DNA of 37,063 nt, from positions 1 to 37,063 of the forward strand of contig JAFZTO010000034.1 of the NCBI GenBank assembly GCA_017618795.1. Reading direction: 5' to 3'. Origin of the DNA: Clostridia bacterium. GTDB taxonomy: Bacteria > Bacillota > Clostridia > Oscillospirales > CAG-272. The position numbers were made by a program, and so were the translations under genes. The notes under the pieces are model-generated. The model saw only the letters and a list, made by a program, of their open reading frames with translations. It was not told the DNA's origin and did no database searches. Below, in pieces: positions 1 to 9,189 of this stretch; position 1 is the first letter of the stretch, and every line of letters starts with the position of its first letter.

Positions 1-2650
1 CTTTCAAAATAGCGTCCACGTCCTCTGTCATATAAATGGCGTTTTCCTTGATAAGATGCCCTTCGCCGTCTATCATGTTGTTCGGAGTAACAGTTATTTT
101 AACATGGTCAAATCCAAGTTTTTTTGCAGCGGTGATATTGCTTAAGGTCACTCCGTGAATTTCCTTGTTCGGATTGTAGACTTCATAAGAGTTGCGGCTC
201 AGGTTCGCGCCCTGAAATCTCTCCATTACTATTCCCTTGCCTACGTTCAGCACAGGAGATTTCGAAGCGTTATCCGATTCCTTTATTACAGTCGTCGTAA
301 CTTTGTCTGCGGGAAGAGCAGCGCCGAACAGTCTGACCTGGGCAACAGATCCGTCAAAATTGTTATCACCTGCGGGTGAGTTTCCGATATAAATATCATC
401 TGCGGACCTGTTCGGAGTTCCCCCGACCGTCAGAGTTTTTACCGCCTCCGTATCTACGTAATATACCAGAGTGCCGTTTTCATATGATACTCCAACCTGA
501 TGCCATCTGCCGTCGACAATGTTTTTTCCGGAAAGCTGAATTCCGGAAAGCCCGTCCATTGCAAACCCGAGTTGCCCTGTCTTTCCGTCGGCATACAGTG
601 ACCAGCCTCCCTCCGTCGAGACGCTTTCGCTGAAAACGTACATAGCGTCTATCCCTATTAGAGTTTCGTCAAGCAGATAGTGATAAAATCTGAAATAGTT
701 TATCGCTTTCATCTTTGCGTTTTTTGCACGCGCCGAGCCAAGCGGAATGATTATCTCGTTCCAACCATCCTTAAGATCAGTCACCGTCCACGTCGAAGAC
801 TGCGCTCCCTGACCGCCGTCGCTTGCGAGATCAACAGCTCCGCCGCGGGCAGTATCAAGATTTGCCGCATTGTCTATGTAGACCCACAGCCGCAGGCTAC
901 CGTTATTGTCGACGTATTTGCTGAGATTAACCTCAGGAGTGCAGCAAAACACAACGAGATCGTCCTCAGTCGCCTCAAGATACGCCTTGCCTTCCTTCGG
1001 ACCGGCTTCAGAGCCGATATTTATCGGGCCCATCCCCCACCAGCCTGTATTGTCATCGGCGTTGAAAAGCTTTATTTCGTCGGTTTTTCTTTCGGAACTG
1101 CCTCCACTCTGGGATATAATGACCCGGTTCTGATTTTCTCTGACCGGAGCGTTGACAAATGCCGAGACAGTAAACGAACTCCCAAGATCAATCCCGGTGT
1201 TTTTTGCATAGAGATATGATCCGGACGTTGAGAAATCCGCAACCCTGCCGAATGTGTCGCTGTTCAGCCATACCGTCCATTTTGATTCAAGTTCCACTCC
1301 CCCGATAGCGGAAGGCGCGTATCCGGCACTTCCTCCGCCGTTTAGTTCCCACGCTCCCAGGGAGCCGGAAATAAGACCGTAATCCGCTATTTCGCTGAAA
1401 ACGGCTTTCGCTTCTGTATCGCCGCTTCCCATAATATATGTCGAACCGGGAGGATACTGTTTCCCGTTTATTTTCCATCCGGTAAATGAGTAACCGCTTT
1501 TTACCGCATCGGCGGGAAGCACAATCCTCTCACCGTCGTATGAATCATAGTCTTCTGTTTTGTAACTGTAATCGTATTTAAGCACTTTCGTCTCCTTCGC
1601 TTTCCATTTGGCTTTAAGCGACATGCTGTCTTTTGTAACCAGATATTTGTCGCCTTCCTGATACGTTCTGTCTCCGTCGGTCCAGCCTGCGAAATCATAA
1701 CCGTCGCGCACCCAGAGGTTTTTCGGCAGTGATATCTCGCTTCCGATAGCAACAATTATGCTCATCTCGCGGTTTTCGCCCATGAGATAGTCGGCGCCGC
1801 CCCCTAAAAAATTAATGACCTTTGTATTGTCCGGCATCCAGAGTTCGTGCATACCTATACGTATCTCGGTCTGTCCCGTTACATATTGGAAAAGTCTGAA
1901 GCTGGAAATGTTGGTAAGATCCGCCTTATCCGTATGGCTTTCGTACAGCCTTATCGCTATATCGTTCCATCCGGTTTTCAGACCGGCGTCCGTGACCGAC
2001 CATGATGTTACCTCGCCGTCCTGATCATAAAACTCGAACATCCCGTTTGTAGGCGTGTTAGTGACAAGCATATCAACGTTTTCTACCCAAAGTGTCAGGT
2101 GCAGATAGCCCTCCTTTTCAAATCTGGAAATATTAATAGGCGTATCATACACGTTGCAAAATATCAGAACGTCGTTTCCGCTCGTTCCGTTCCACTGCCT
2201 GCCGTCCTCATCGCTTCCGTGAGTGATTGAGTACGTTCCCCACCAGCCTTTGTTTGACTTACAGTCATCTATAAGCATTGTACTTCCGCCTTTTTCCCAG
2301 ACTGCGGTAAGTTCCAGATCCCTGTCCGGCATTTCGATTATTTCTCCCTGTTGATATGTTGTTTCGCCGTCCGTCCACTCCACAAAGCACATTTCATATT
2401 CGGAAAACGTGTTTTTTGAGATTTCTACTGTGTCTCCCGCCTTTGCCGTCTGCGTGGCGGGAGCCCGGCCGGAAGCCGTTTCTCTGCCTTTTGAATACTT
2501 TATTGTATGCTCACCGGTCGTTTTCGGAGGATTTTCCCCGGTTGTTCCGGCCGGATTTTCCGTTGTCACGTCGGGCGGCACAGTTTTTCCGCACGAACAA
2601 ACTGCAAAAACCAATATCAAAACTAAAATAAGCGCTGTAATTCTTTTCAT
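1..2650 (-). CDS. Multidomain surface lipoprotein, C-terminally truncated by the window edge: lipobox signal peptide, three Listeria-Bacteroides (Flg_new-type) repeats, two copies of an unassigned ~130-aa beta-sandwich module, a LamG (Laminin_G_3-like) domain, then the first ~75 aa of a GH5-like (clan GH-A) catalytic domain
   Basis: It is missing from the ORF track only because it has no stop inside the window. Hand translation of the reverse strand from ATG (cat at 2648-2650) gives MKRITALILVLILVFAVCSCGKTVPPDV... and stays open to base 2. Repeat signatures: FVEWTDGETTYQQGE...LTAVWEK, FAGWTDGDRTYQEGD...LKAKWKAKE, FTGWKINGKQYPPGS...AKAVFSE. LamG-like stretch: DGRWHQVGVSYENGTLVYYVD...DDIYIGNSPAGDNNFDGSVAQVRLF. 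The terminal GANLSRNSYEVYNPNKEIHGVTLSNITAAKKLGFDHVKITVTPNNMIDGEGHLIKENAIYM resembles the start of a GH5 barrel. GAGGG lies 6 nt upstream of the ATG. Confidence 0.75.
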   Translation of the reverse strand, partial: MKRITALILVLILVFAVCSCGKTVPPDVTTENPAGTTGENPPKTTGEHTIKYSKGRETASGRAPATQTAKAGDTVEISKNTFSEYEMCFVEWTDGETTYQQGEIIEMPDRDLELTAVWEKGGSTMLIDDCKSNKGWWGTYSITHGSDEDGRQWNGTSGNDVLIFCNVYDTPINISRFEKEGYLHLTLWVENVDMLVTNTPTNGMFEFYDQDGEVTSWSVTDAGLKTGWNDIAIRLYESHTDKADLTNISSFRLFQYVTGQTEIRIGMHELWMPDNTKVINFLGGGADYLMGENREMSIIVAIGSEISLPKNLWVRDGYDFAGWTDGDRTYQEGDKYLVTKDSMSLKAKWKAKETKVLKYDYSYKTEDYDSYDGERIVLPADAVKSGYSFTGWKINGKQYPPGSTYIMGSGDTEAKAVFSEIADYGLISGSLGAWELNGGGSAGYAPSAIGGVELESKWTVWLNSDTFGRVADFSTSGSYLYAKNTGIDLGSSFTVSAFVNAPVRENQNRVIISQSGGSSERKTDEIKLFNADDNTGWWGMGPINIGSEAGPKEGKAYLEATEDDLVVFCCTPEVNLSKYVDNNGSLRLWVYIDNAANLDTARGGAVDLASDGGQGAQSSTWTVTDLKDGWNEIIIPLGSARAKNAKMKAINYFRFYHYLLDETLIGIDAMYVFSESVSTEGGWSLYADGKTGQLGFAMDGLSGIQLSGKNIVDGRWHQVGVSYENGTLVYYVDTEAVKTLTVGGTPNRSADDIYIGNSPAGDNNFDGSVAQVRLFGAALPADKVTTTVIKESDNASKSPVLNVGKGIVMERFQGANLSRNSYEVYNPNKEIHGVTLSNITAAKKLGFDHVKITVTPNNMIDGEGHLIKENAIYMTEDVDAILK

Positions 2651-2658
2651 GTTAACCC

Positions 2659-5600
2659 TCAGCATTTCACTATCATGCCGTCCCATGCGAACCAGCCTGA
2701 CAGTATCCCTACAGTCAGCCTGTTCTCCCCGTCGACCAGAGCGCCTTTTAAGGCAATCTCTTTTCTTTTCGGTCTGCAAAGCATAAATTTATCCTGTTTT
2801 TTCAACCCGTATCCCTTTTCGAATACGATATTCTTTTTAACACCGTTAAGATCGAGTTCTATCTCCGCTCCGTCAGGCGAACAGTCGGTTATTCCCAACT
2901 CTATGCGGCAGTCTCCGGCATGCGAATCAAATCTGAACCCGGCTTCCTTTTCACATATAAATCCGATGTTCCGGCAATCCGCCTTTTTATCGATGATTGC
3001 TGCACTGCCGTCAGTACCGTCGCCGAACTCTTCGCACGTGTCGTCTATGCGTCCTACAATCGCGACTGCGTCATCCGGAATGAAGGTATATTCCGGCGTA
3101 TTGAACGCCTCAACCGTAATTCCCACGCCGGTCAGATCATCACGGAATGACTCGAGCGTGATTTCCCTTTCTTCGCCAGGAGGGACAGAAACATAATTGT
3201 TTTCAACGAAAAGCATCGGGATGTGCTTCGCAAAAGGTCTGACCTCGCAGCAAAGGGCCGTTTGCTCTCCTTTGTTGCATATTCTGTATACACATTTTTT
3301 CGGATCCTGCAGCATTGAAACAATTTCAAGTTCCGTTTGTCTGAGCCCCCCTCCGCACTGTCCTGTCATCGTATAGGGAATAAAGAAATCGGTATCCGGC
3401 GTGTTCTTTCTGATAAGTCCGCCAAGCGGGGCAGTCACACCCTTCATGGCAAAGAATTGCACCCTCTCGCTGACAATCCTGCCGTTCTTTTCCAGTTTCA
3501 GCTCAACAAACACCGGGCCGAGCTTCATCTCTATTGGAGGATTGATCTTAAAACTGTCAACCTTTACGGCACTGACAGACTCGATTCCGTCAAGAACGCC
3601 GCTGTTTGTACGAATAACTTTCCCCCGCCGGTCGCGAAGCGTCCATTTCCATCGTAGGTTAAACTCTCTGTCCGGCAAATCGGACGTAACGTATACATCG
3701 GCAAATGAACTGTCGCCCGAATTGTAAAATATGGATTCTGTCTTAAGAGATATGGAAAGCGGTGCCATCGCCTCCTTAGCCATATAATAATTTGTGTGAA
3801 CCTGGCCCTGATAATTGACAAATCCGCATCCGGCTCCGTTCGGCGCCGGTTCGTTGTAGCACCATGTACTGAACCCGCTGAATTTCTTTCCCCTGCGCCT
3901 GAAACTGTCCATTGCGTAACGCAGACCCTCTCCCGACAGATACTGGCCTGCACGGAGCGTATCAGCGAGGTTGTCGGTTTTTCCGAACATTCTTTCAATA
4001 ACGGGCATGTTCATCCACATTTCCGCATTAATTGAATGGAAAACATTTTTCCTTATCAGATCCTCGTTTTCGGGATCAAGCGGAAAACGGTCCTTTGGGG
4101 GAATATATTTTTTCCAGAGTTCGATGTTCCCCGGGGTACTGCACGAAAACTCGCCGTTCCTTTGCATAGGCGCGTTATTGCAGTTGTCGGTCATCATTGC
4201 GTCGTATTCCTCGTAATGATTGTCCGGATTGTAGTCGTAATGACCGTGGCGACTTCCCACAATCGGGCATGTACTTCTGAAGATTCTCTGAGGATCGCTT
4301 TCCTTTGCCGCGTCGATCATAACCTGAAGCGCCGGATGTATCATCCTGGGATCGGTATACCATCCCATCTCGTTCCCTCCCGTCCATTCTATTATGCACG
4401 GGTGCCGGCGCAGCTGCTTTATGAAATTCGAAACCGTTGCCCTGTACATGCCGTACATTCCGGGCAGGTCTTCCGGAACGCAGTTGCCGAACGGCATGTC
4501 CATAAGTAACATCAGTCCGTGTGCGTCGCAGTAATCATGGAAATCATTGTAGTAATAAGACTGCCCTCCGTGGACACGAAGGGTGTTCATATTGCCGCGC
4601 AGGGCAAGCTCCGCAAGATATTCCTGCATATCCTTTCCCTCGTGCCCCTTAAACGCATCGATAGTTACCATGCAGGAACCGAAAGTTCTGATGAGCCTGC
4701 CGTTAATATGAAGCGCGAACGGATGAATAAAATCCGCCGGAAGTCCCTCGCACTGTCCCCATACAACCTCGCGCAGACCGATATTTTCAGTCCTTTCGTC
4801 AGACATCTTTCCGTTTATTACAGCCTGCACTTTTACGCCGTAAAGCGGATGCTCTCCGTGACCGGCGGGCCACCAGAGTTCTGGATTTTCGACAGTTATC
4901 TCTGCAGACGCAAACCCTGTCCCCTTTTTCAGTTCCGCAACGCTCAAGGCAGTATATTCTTTTCCGTCGGGACCGGCAAGAACAAAACGGAACTCGGCCC
5001 GGGTGTCCTCAAAGACGTTTACCTCCGCCTCAATGCCGATCACGGCTTTCCTGTAGTTGTCCGAGAAAGAATAGCTGTACTTCAGCCAGTCAATTCTGAC
5101 ATTGTTCGTTCCTGTAAGCCATACGTCCTTCTGTATTCCGAGCGTGTAAAGGTTGGAACTCCAGTCATAACTGTACGTCGCAATACTTTTGAGACCGCAC
5201 AGACGCTGACGGGTTTTGTTCATCGCCGTCACAAACCAGTATTCAAAATCTTTCGAATGGACTCCGCTGTCCGCACCGTCGGAGTTAATGAGAAGAGGCA
5301 GTAGCTCGGGCGGCATCTTCTCTATCTCAACGCGTATGACATTGTTCCCCGGGACGATTACAGCGTCGGTAATATCAACGGAAAACATAATGTATTCGCC
5401 GTTGTTTGCCCCGACAAGCCTGTCGTTTACATATATTCTGCAGGTAAAATCAACAGATTCGAAAACAAGGGTAAGCCTTTTATTCTTCCATGATTCGTTT
5501 AGATAAAGTCCCCTAATGTACGTCCAGTCGTGCTGACACGCCTCATATTTGTCATCAGGTCCGTTTCCGTACCAGAAATCGGTGGTCAGCATGTTGTCGA

Positions 5601-5700
5601 TAAGATCCTGCTGGACCACACCCGGAACGGTCGCGTGGATAAAGGAAGACATATTATCGGACTTTAATTTCCAGTCTTTTCCGCTCAGTAACAGTTTCAT
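2659..5700 (-). CDS. Glycoside hydrolase family 2, beta-mannosidase-like, cytoplasmic (no signal peptide), with a long C-terminal extension
   Basis: 1013-aa ORF. GH2 N-terminal sugar-binding pattern (LTLVFESVDFTCRIYVNDRLVGANNGEYIMFSVDITD). Barrel segment NTLRVHGGQSYYYNDFHDYCDAHGLMLLMDMPF. Acid/base-type motif HPCIIEWTGGNE. GGAG lies 6 nt upstream of the ATG. Confidence 0.75.
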   Translation of the reverse strand: MKLLLSGKDWKLKSDNMSSFIHATVPGVVQQDLIDNMLTTDFWYGNGPDDKYEACQHDWTYIRGLYLNESWKNKRLTLVFESVDFTCRIYVNDRLVGANNGEYIMFSVDITDAVIVPGNNVIRVEIEKMPPELLPLLINSDGADSGVHSKDFEYWFVTAMNKTRQRLCGLKSIATYSYDWSSNLYTLGIQKDVWLTGTNNVRIDWLKYSYSFSDNYRKAVIGIEAEVNVFEDTRAEFRFVLAGPDGKEYTALSVAELKKGTGFASAEITVENPELWWPAGHGEHPLYGVKVQAVINGKMSDERTENIGLREVVWGQCEGLPADFIHPFALHINGRLIRTFGSCMVTIDAFKGHEGKDMQEYLAELALRGNMNTLRVHGGQSYYYNDFHDYCDAHGLMLLMDMPFGNCVPEDLPGMYGMYRATVSNFIKQLRRHPCIIEWTGGNEMGWYTDPRMIHPALQVMIDAAKESDPQRIFRSTCPIVGSRHGHYDYNPDNHYEEYDAMMTDNCNNAPMQRNGEFSCSTPGNIELWKKYIPPKDRFPLDPENEDLIRKNVFHSINAEMWMNMPVIERMFGKTDNLADTLRAGQYLSGEGLRYAMDSFRRRGKKFSGFSTWCYNEPAPNGAGCGFVNYQGQVHTNYYMAKEAMAPLSISLKTESIFYNSGDSSFADVYVTSDLPDREFNLRWKWTLRDRRGKVIRTNSGVLDGIESVSAVKVDSFKINPPIEMKLGPVFVELKLEKNGRIVSERVQFFAMKGVTAPLGGLIRKNTPDTDFFIPYTMTGQCGGGLRQTELEIVSMLQDPKKCVYRICNKGEQTALCCEVRPFAKHIPMLFVENNYVSVPPGEEREITLESFRDDLTGVGITVEAFNTPEYTFIPDDAVAIVGRIDDTCEEFGDGTDGSAAIIDKKADCRNIGFICEKEAGFRFDSHAGDCRIELGITDCSPDGAEIELDLNGVKKNIVFEKGYGLKKQDKFMLCRPKRKEIALKGALVDGENRLTVGILSGWFAWDGMIVKC

Positions 5701-5730
5701 TTTTAGCTCCGCAAACAGTTTTTTGGCAAC

Positions 5731-5775
5731 GGGAAAATAGCCCTGCCGGAAACCTGTCGATCGCAGGGCTATTTA
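5731..5775 (-). terminator. Rho-independent terminator after the small anchored protein gene
   Basis: Minus-strand hairpin AATAGCCCTGC (16-nt loop) GCAGGGCTATT at 5736-5773, running into TTTTCCC. It begins 13 nt downstream of the stop at 5786. Confidence 0.65.
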
Positions 5776-5785
5776 TATTATATTA

Positions 5786-6469
5786 TTATTTCGTTTTCTT
5801 CTTTGCGAAAATAAGAGCAGCGCCCGCGACAACCGCGCAGACAACGGCTACAGAGATGTAGTCAGCAGTAGGAGGAGTTACAGGATCATCTCCACCCTGG
5901 CTTCCCGATTCGGGAATCACGAGCTTGACGTCATCAAGCATGACTTTGTTGGTGTAGCCGTACTGAACATACCTTCCGGCGTCGACCTTAGTCGGGTCGA
6001 ATCCCGAGTCTGCGACCCCGTCCGAAAGCTTGATATTGAGTTCCGTCCAGCCTGTCTTAAGATACTGCCCTATCTCGAAGTGGATCTGCGGACCGCCAAG
6101 CATGCCGTTGCCGAAGTGAATATCGCTCTGCCTTCCATCAAGAGCGGCTTCATCGATATCGTCGATGTAGATCCACATGTGAAGAACTGCGTCGGGATTG
6201 TTCATATACTCGCTGATATCAATGGTATTGTAATTGCCATCGGTCACTCCCTGATGGAAGCAAAGCTGTGCGGCATAGGCGTTAATGCTGTCAAAGGTAT
6301 CACAGATTGCATTTCCGACCTTGCCGGGCTCGAGGGTCAGAGCCTGCTCAGCCCAGGTGTTGTCAAGGGTGTCCCCCGACATCAGAACCAGTTCTTTAGC
6401 GCTTGCGCTGAAAGCAAGCGACATGGCAATAACAATTGCCGCTACGACAAAAATAATTGTCTTTTTCAT
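5786..6469 (-). CDS. Small secreted protein (P1): signal peptide, one copy of the unassigned ~130-aa beta-sandwich module, short linker, C-terminal TM helix plus basic tail (no LPXTG)
   Basis: MKKTIIFVVAAIVIAMSLAFSASA/KE signal peptide. Module motifs VLHMWIYIDDID, LKTGWTELNIKL and RYVQYGY match the two modules in the 1-2650 protein. The tail is SQGGDDPVTPPTADYISVAVVCAVVAGAALIFAKKKTK. AAGGAG lies upstream of the ATG. Confidence 0.8.
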   Translation of the reverse strand: MKKTIIFVVAAIVIAMSLAFSASAKELVLMSGDTLDNTWAEQALTLEPGKVGNAICDTFDSINAYAAQLCFHQGVTDGNYNTIDISEYMNNPDAVLHMWIYIDDIDEAALDGRQSDIHFGNGMLGGPQIHFEIGQYLKTGWTELNIKLSDGVADSGFDPTKVDAGRYVQYGYTNKVMLDDVKLVIPESGSQGGDDPVTPPTADYISVAVVCAVVAGAALIFAKKKTK

Positions 6470-6520
6470 TTTCTTTTCTCCTTTAAGAAAAAATAATATT
6501 TGTGCGTTTGCACATTTAAA

Positions 6521-7852
6521 CTAATTGAGTGAAGAGAAACCGACGGCGCATATGCCGAACCAGTCGCTTTCTGTTTTTTCAGAATCGAACATTTCGATTT
6601 CAACAACGTGTTCTCCGGCGTCAAGCCCGTGGTATATGTCAACGACAGTCATCCATTTTGACTCGGAATAACCGTAAAGATACTGCTGTGTCCGTTTCCC
6701 GTCGACGTAGATGTTGGCGTATGCTGTTTTTTTCGAACACGTTACCATTATATGGAAATTCGATGCGCTGACAACAAAGGTTATTCTTGAACCCGTTTCG
6801 GACGTCTGCCATCCTCTGGATGTTATCTGAAGCAGTTTTGCATTGTAGTCATCCGTCCATTTCCCGCTGACGACCGAGACATATTCGCTCGACCCTACGG
6901 CATCCGTCATTTCCGCATCCGCATAGGTGTTTTCCGTTACCTTTGCGGGAAGAATTCCGGACAACTTTTTCCCTCTGATTTCCGGCACGATAATATATTT
7001 TTCCAGATAATCGATAACCATTTCAGCGTACAGCCTGTGACCGTTGTTTGTCGGATGGACATTGTCCGCCGACCACATGCTGTCAGCTCTGAGTTCCTCA
7101 AATTCTGAGTCCTCCGCATGTTCGAAAAACGCGGATTTGAAGCTTAGTTGCGGAACTCCGTACGTAACGTTCACCGGTCTCTGCTTCTCCTGTATATTCG
7201 CGCCGCTGCGCGGGCAGACACAAGAGTCGATGACCGGTATTCCGCGCGAAATAAGTTTTGAGAGAATTCCCTCATACGCTTCAACAGCGTGTGGCAGTCC
7301 TACGTCGTTCGTACCGAAATCAACTATGACCAGATCAGGCTCCGCTGACAGAACGTCTCTCGAAACTCTCGAAACACCGTAAACGAGTTCGGTCGAGCCT
7401 ATCCCTGCGTTGGTAAATTTCACGTTCCCGTTGTCCGGATCACCGTCAAGAGATTCGAACCAGTAATAGACAATATCCGACCAGCCTTTCCCAGTATCCG
7501 CCCCGGCCCCGAAGGTTATCGAATCTCCGAAAGTAACCAGGCTGACTTTTTCGCCTTTCCTTGCCCGATTTACAACGTCGGCGATAGCCGATTTCATTTC
7601 ATCGCTTCCTTCGAACAGAACCGAGCGCAGATGGGCGTTGTAGATTTCCTTTTCGTAAGGTGTCATGTTTTCAGTTATATCGGCAGTCGTGCCATCCTCC
7701 GGCATCAGATCCGTCGAGTTCCGCGCCGTGCCGACGGAAACCGTTTTTGCGGAATCCGCACCCCACCCGGCAGTATCGTTTCCTGCCGAGCAGGAAACGA
7801 GCGTCGCGGCCAGGAGGAAAAAAGAGGCTGCATGAACAAGTTTTTTATTCAA
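6521..7852 (-). CDS. SGNH/GDSL-family hydrolase lipoprotein (probable carbohydrate esterase) with a C-terminal beta-sandwich extension
   Basis: Lipobox LAATLVSCSAGN. SGNH block I VTFGDSITFG, block II FTNAGIGSTE, block III DFGTNDV, block V DNVHPTNNGH. The start overlaps the GH1 stop by 8 nt. Confidence 0.8.
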   Translation of the reverse strand: MNKKLVHAASFFLLAATLVSCSAGNDTAGWGADSAKTVSVGTARNSTDLMPEDGTTADITENMTPYEKEIYNAHLRSVLFEGSDEMKSAIADVVNRARKGEKVSLVTFGDSITFGAGADTGKGWSDIVYYWFESLDGDPDNGNVKFTNAGIGSTELVYGVSRVSRDVLSAEPDLVIVDFGTNDVGLPHAVEAYEGILSKLISRGIPVIDSCVCPRSGANIQEKQRPVNVTYGVPQLSFKSAFFEHAEDSEFEELRADSMWSADNVHPTNNGHRLYAEMVIDYLEKYIIVPEIRGKKLSGILPAKVTENTYADAEMTDAVGSSEYVSVVSGKWTDDYNAKLLQITSRGWQTSETGSRITFVVSASNFHIMVTCSKKTAYANIYVDGKRTQQYLYGYSESKWMTVVDIYHGLDAGEHVVEIEMFDSEKTESDWFGICAVGFSSLN

Positions 7853-9188
7853 CTGTGTTGTCCTTTATGAACTGCTTATACCAGAAGAAACTGTCTTTCG
7901 GAGTCCTGACCTGGGTTTCGTAGTCGACATGGGTCAGACCGTAGCGCGCTCCTGTGCCTAGCGACCATTCGAAAATGTCCCAGAAACTCCACACGAAATA
8001 CCCACGTATGTCAAGGCCCTCGGCTATGCAGTCCTTTACGACCTGCGAGTGATCCTTCAGATAGTTTATCCTGTACTCGTCATGGCATTTCCCGTCCGGC
8101 CCAAGGCAGTCGGCATCTCCGCCGCATCCGTTTTCAGTAACTATTATCGGAATTTTCCCTTCAGTATCCTTCCAGCATTTTTTAAGGATGTTGCGCAGAC
8201 CTTCCGGGTCCTTCTCGATTGTCCCATATTTTTCTTCTCTTGGAACCGGGAGATAATGGAATCCGTCGATCCCCTCGTCCTCGGTGTATTTCACCGCCAT
8301 AGTAGAATAATAGTTTATACCGATGAAATCGCATGGATTTTCTTTGAAAAGTCTGCGGTCGTAATCCGAAATTTCAAACATATATCCGCGCTTTTTATAT
8401 TCCTCGACTGCGAGAGGAGGGTATTCGCCGGTGGCCATCACGTTGTAGAACCAGTAGAAGGCAGTATCGTTTGCAAGAGGTACTATGTCGATGTCTTCTT
8501 TTCTGTCTGTCGCCGGCACCCTCGGAACCATGTCCAGAGCGATACCGACCTGCGCTCCCGGAATGCGTTCGTGAATGAGTTTAACGGTCTCAAAATGTGC
8601 CTTCATCGCGTAGTGACCTGCCTGGCAGGCGGTTTTGTAGCACTGAATGTTCGGAGGAAAATGTCCTGCCGAATATCCGCCGAATATAAACACGTAAGGC
8701 TCGTTGTAGGTTATCCAGTATTTTACTTTTGAACCGAACTCGTCGATAAGCACGTTTGCGTATTCAAGCCACCAGTCGACACACTCGGGATTTGCCCAGC
8801 CGCCTCTGTCCTGGAGCGCCTGGGGAAGATCCCAGTGATACATCGTCATGAACGGCTCCACGCCGTAGCCTTTCATTTCGTCTATAAGGTTGTGATAGTA
8901 CTGAATCCCGGCTTTGTTGATTTTCCCCGTGCCTTCCGGAAGAATTCTCGTCCAGGCGACCGAAAAGCGGTGCGCGTTTACTCCGAATGTTCCGAGAAGC
9001 TTCATATCCTCTTTATAGCGGTGGTACTGATCTATAGCAACATCGGCGTTTTCGTTGTGATAAACCTTGTTGCCGCGCCTGTCGTGGCAGAAGCGGTCCC
9101 AGATGCTCTCGCCCTTTCCGTCCTCGTTCCACGCGCCTTCAACCTGAAAAGCGCTTGTATCGGTGCCCCAAAAAAAATTCTTCCTCAT
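7845..9188 (-). CDS. Glycoside hydrolase family 1 (beta-glucosidase / beta-glycosidase), cytoplasmic
   Basis: FFWGTDTSAFQVEGAWNEDGKGESIWDRF N-terminus. Acid/base motif WITYNEP. Nucleophile motif IIVTENG. The ATG is 1 nt downstream of the SBP stop. Confidence 0.9.
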   Translation of the reverse strand: MRKNFFWGTDTSAFQVEGAWNEDGKGESIWDRFCHDRRGNKVYHNENADVAIDQYHRYKEDMKLLGTFGVNAHRFSVAWTRILPEGTGKINKAGIQYYHNLIDEMKGYGVEPFMTMYHWDLPQALQDRGGWANPECVDWWLEYANVLIDEFGSKVKYWITYNEPYVFIFGGYSAGHFPPNIQCYKTACQAGHYAMKAHFETVKLIHERIPGAQVGIALDMVPRVPATDRKEDIDIVPLANDTAFYWFYNVMATGEYPPLAVEEYKKRGYMFEISDYDRRLFKENPCDFIGINYYSTMAVKYTEDEGIDGFHYLPVPREEKYGTIEKDPEGLRNILKKCWKDTEGKIPIIVTENGCGGDADCLGPDGKCHDEYRINYLKDHSQVVKDCIAEGLDIRGYFVWSFWDIFEWSLGTGARYGLTHVDYETQVRTPKDSFFWYKQFIKDNTVE

Positions 9189-9189
9189 A

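Noticed and set aside
155-2631. An apparent 2.6-kb stretch with only short ORFs in the track, which could suggest non-coding DNA or a decayed pseudogene.
   Set aside because: Hand translation of the minus strand from 2650 is open to the window edge and yields coherent domains. The track omits it simply because no stop codon lies inside the window.
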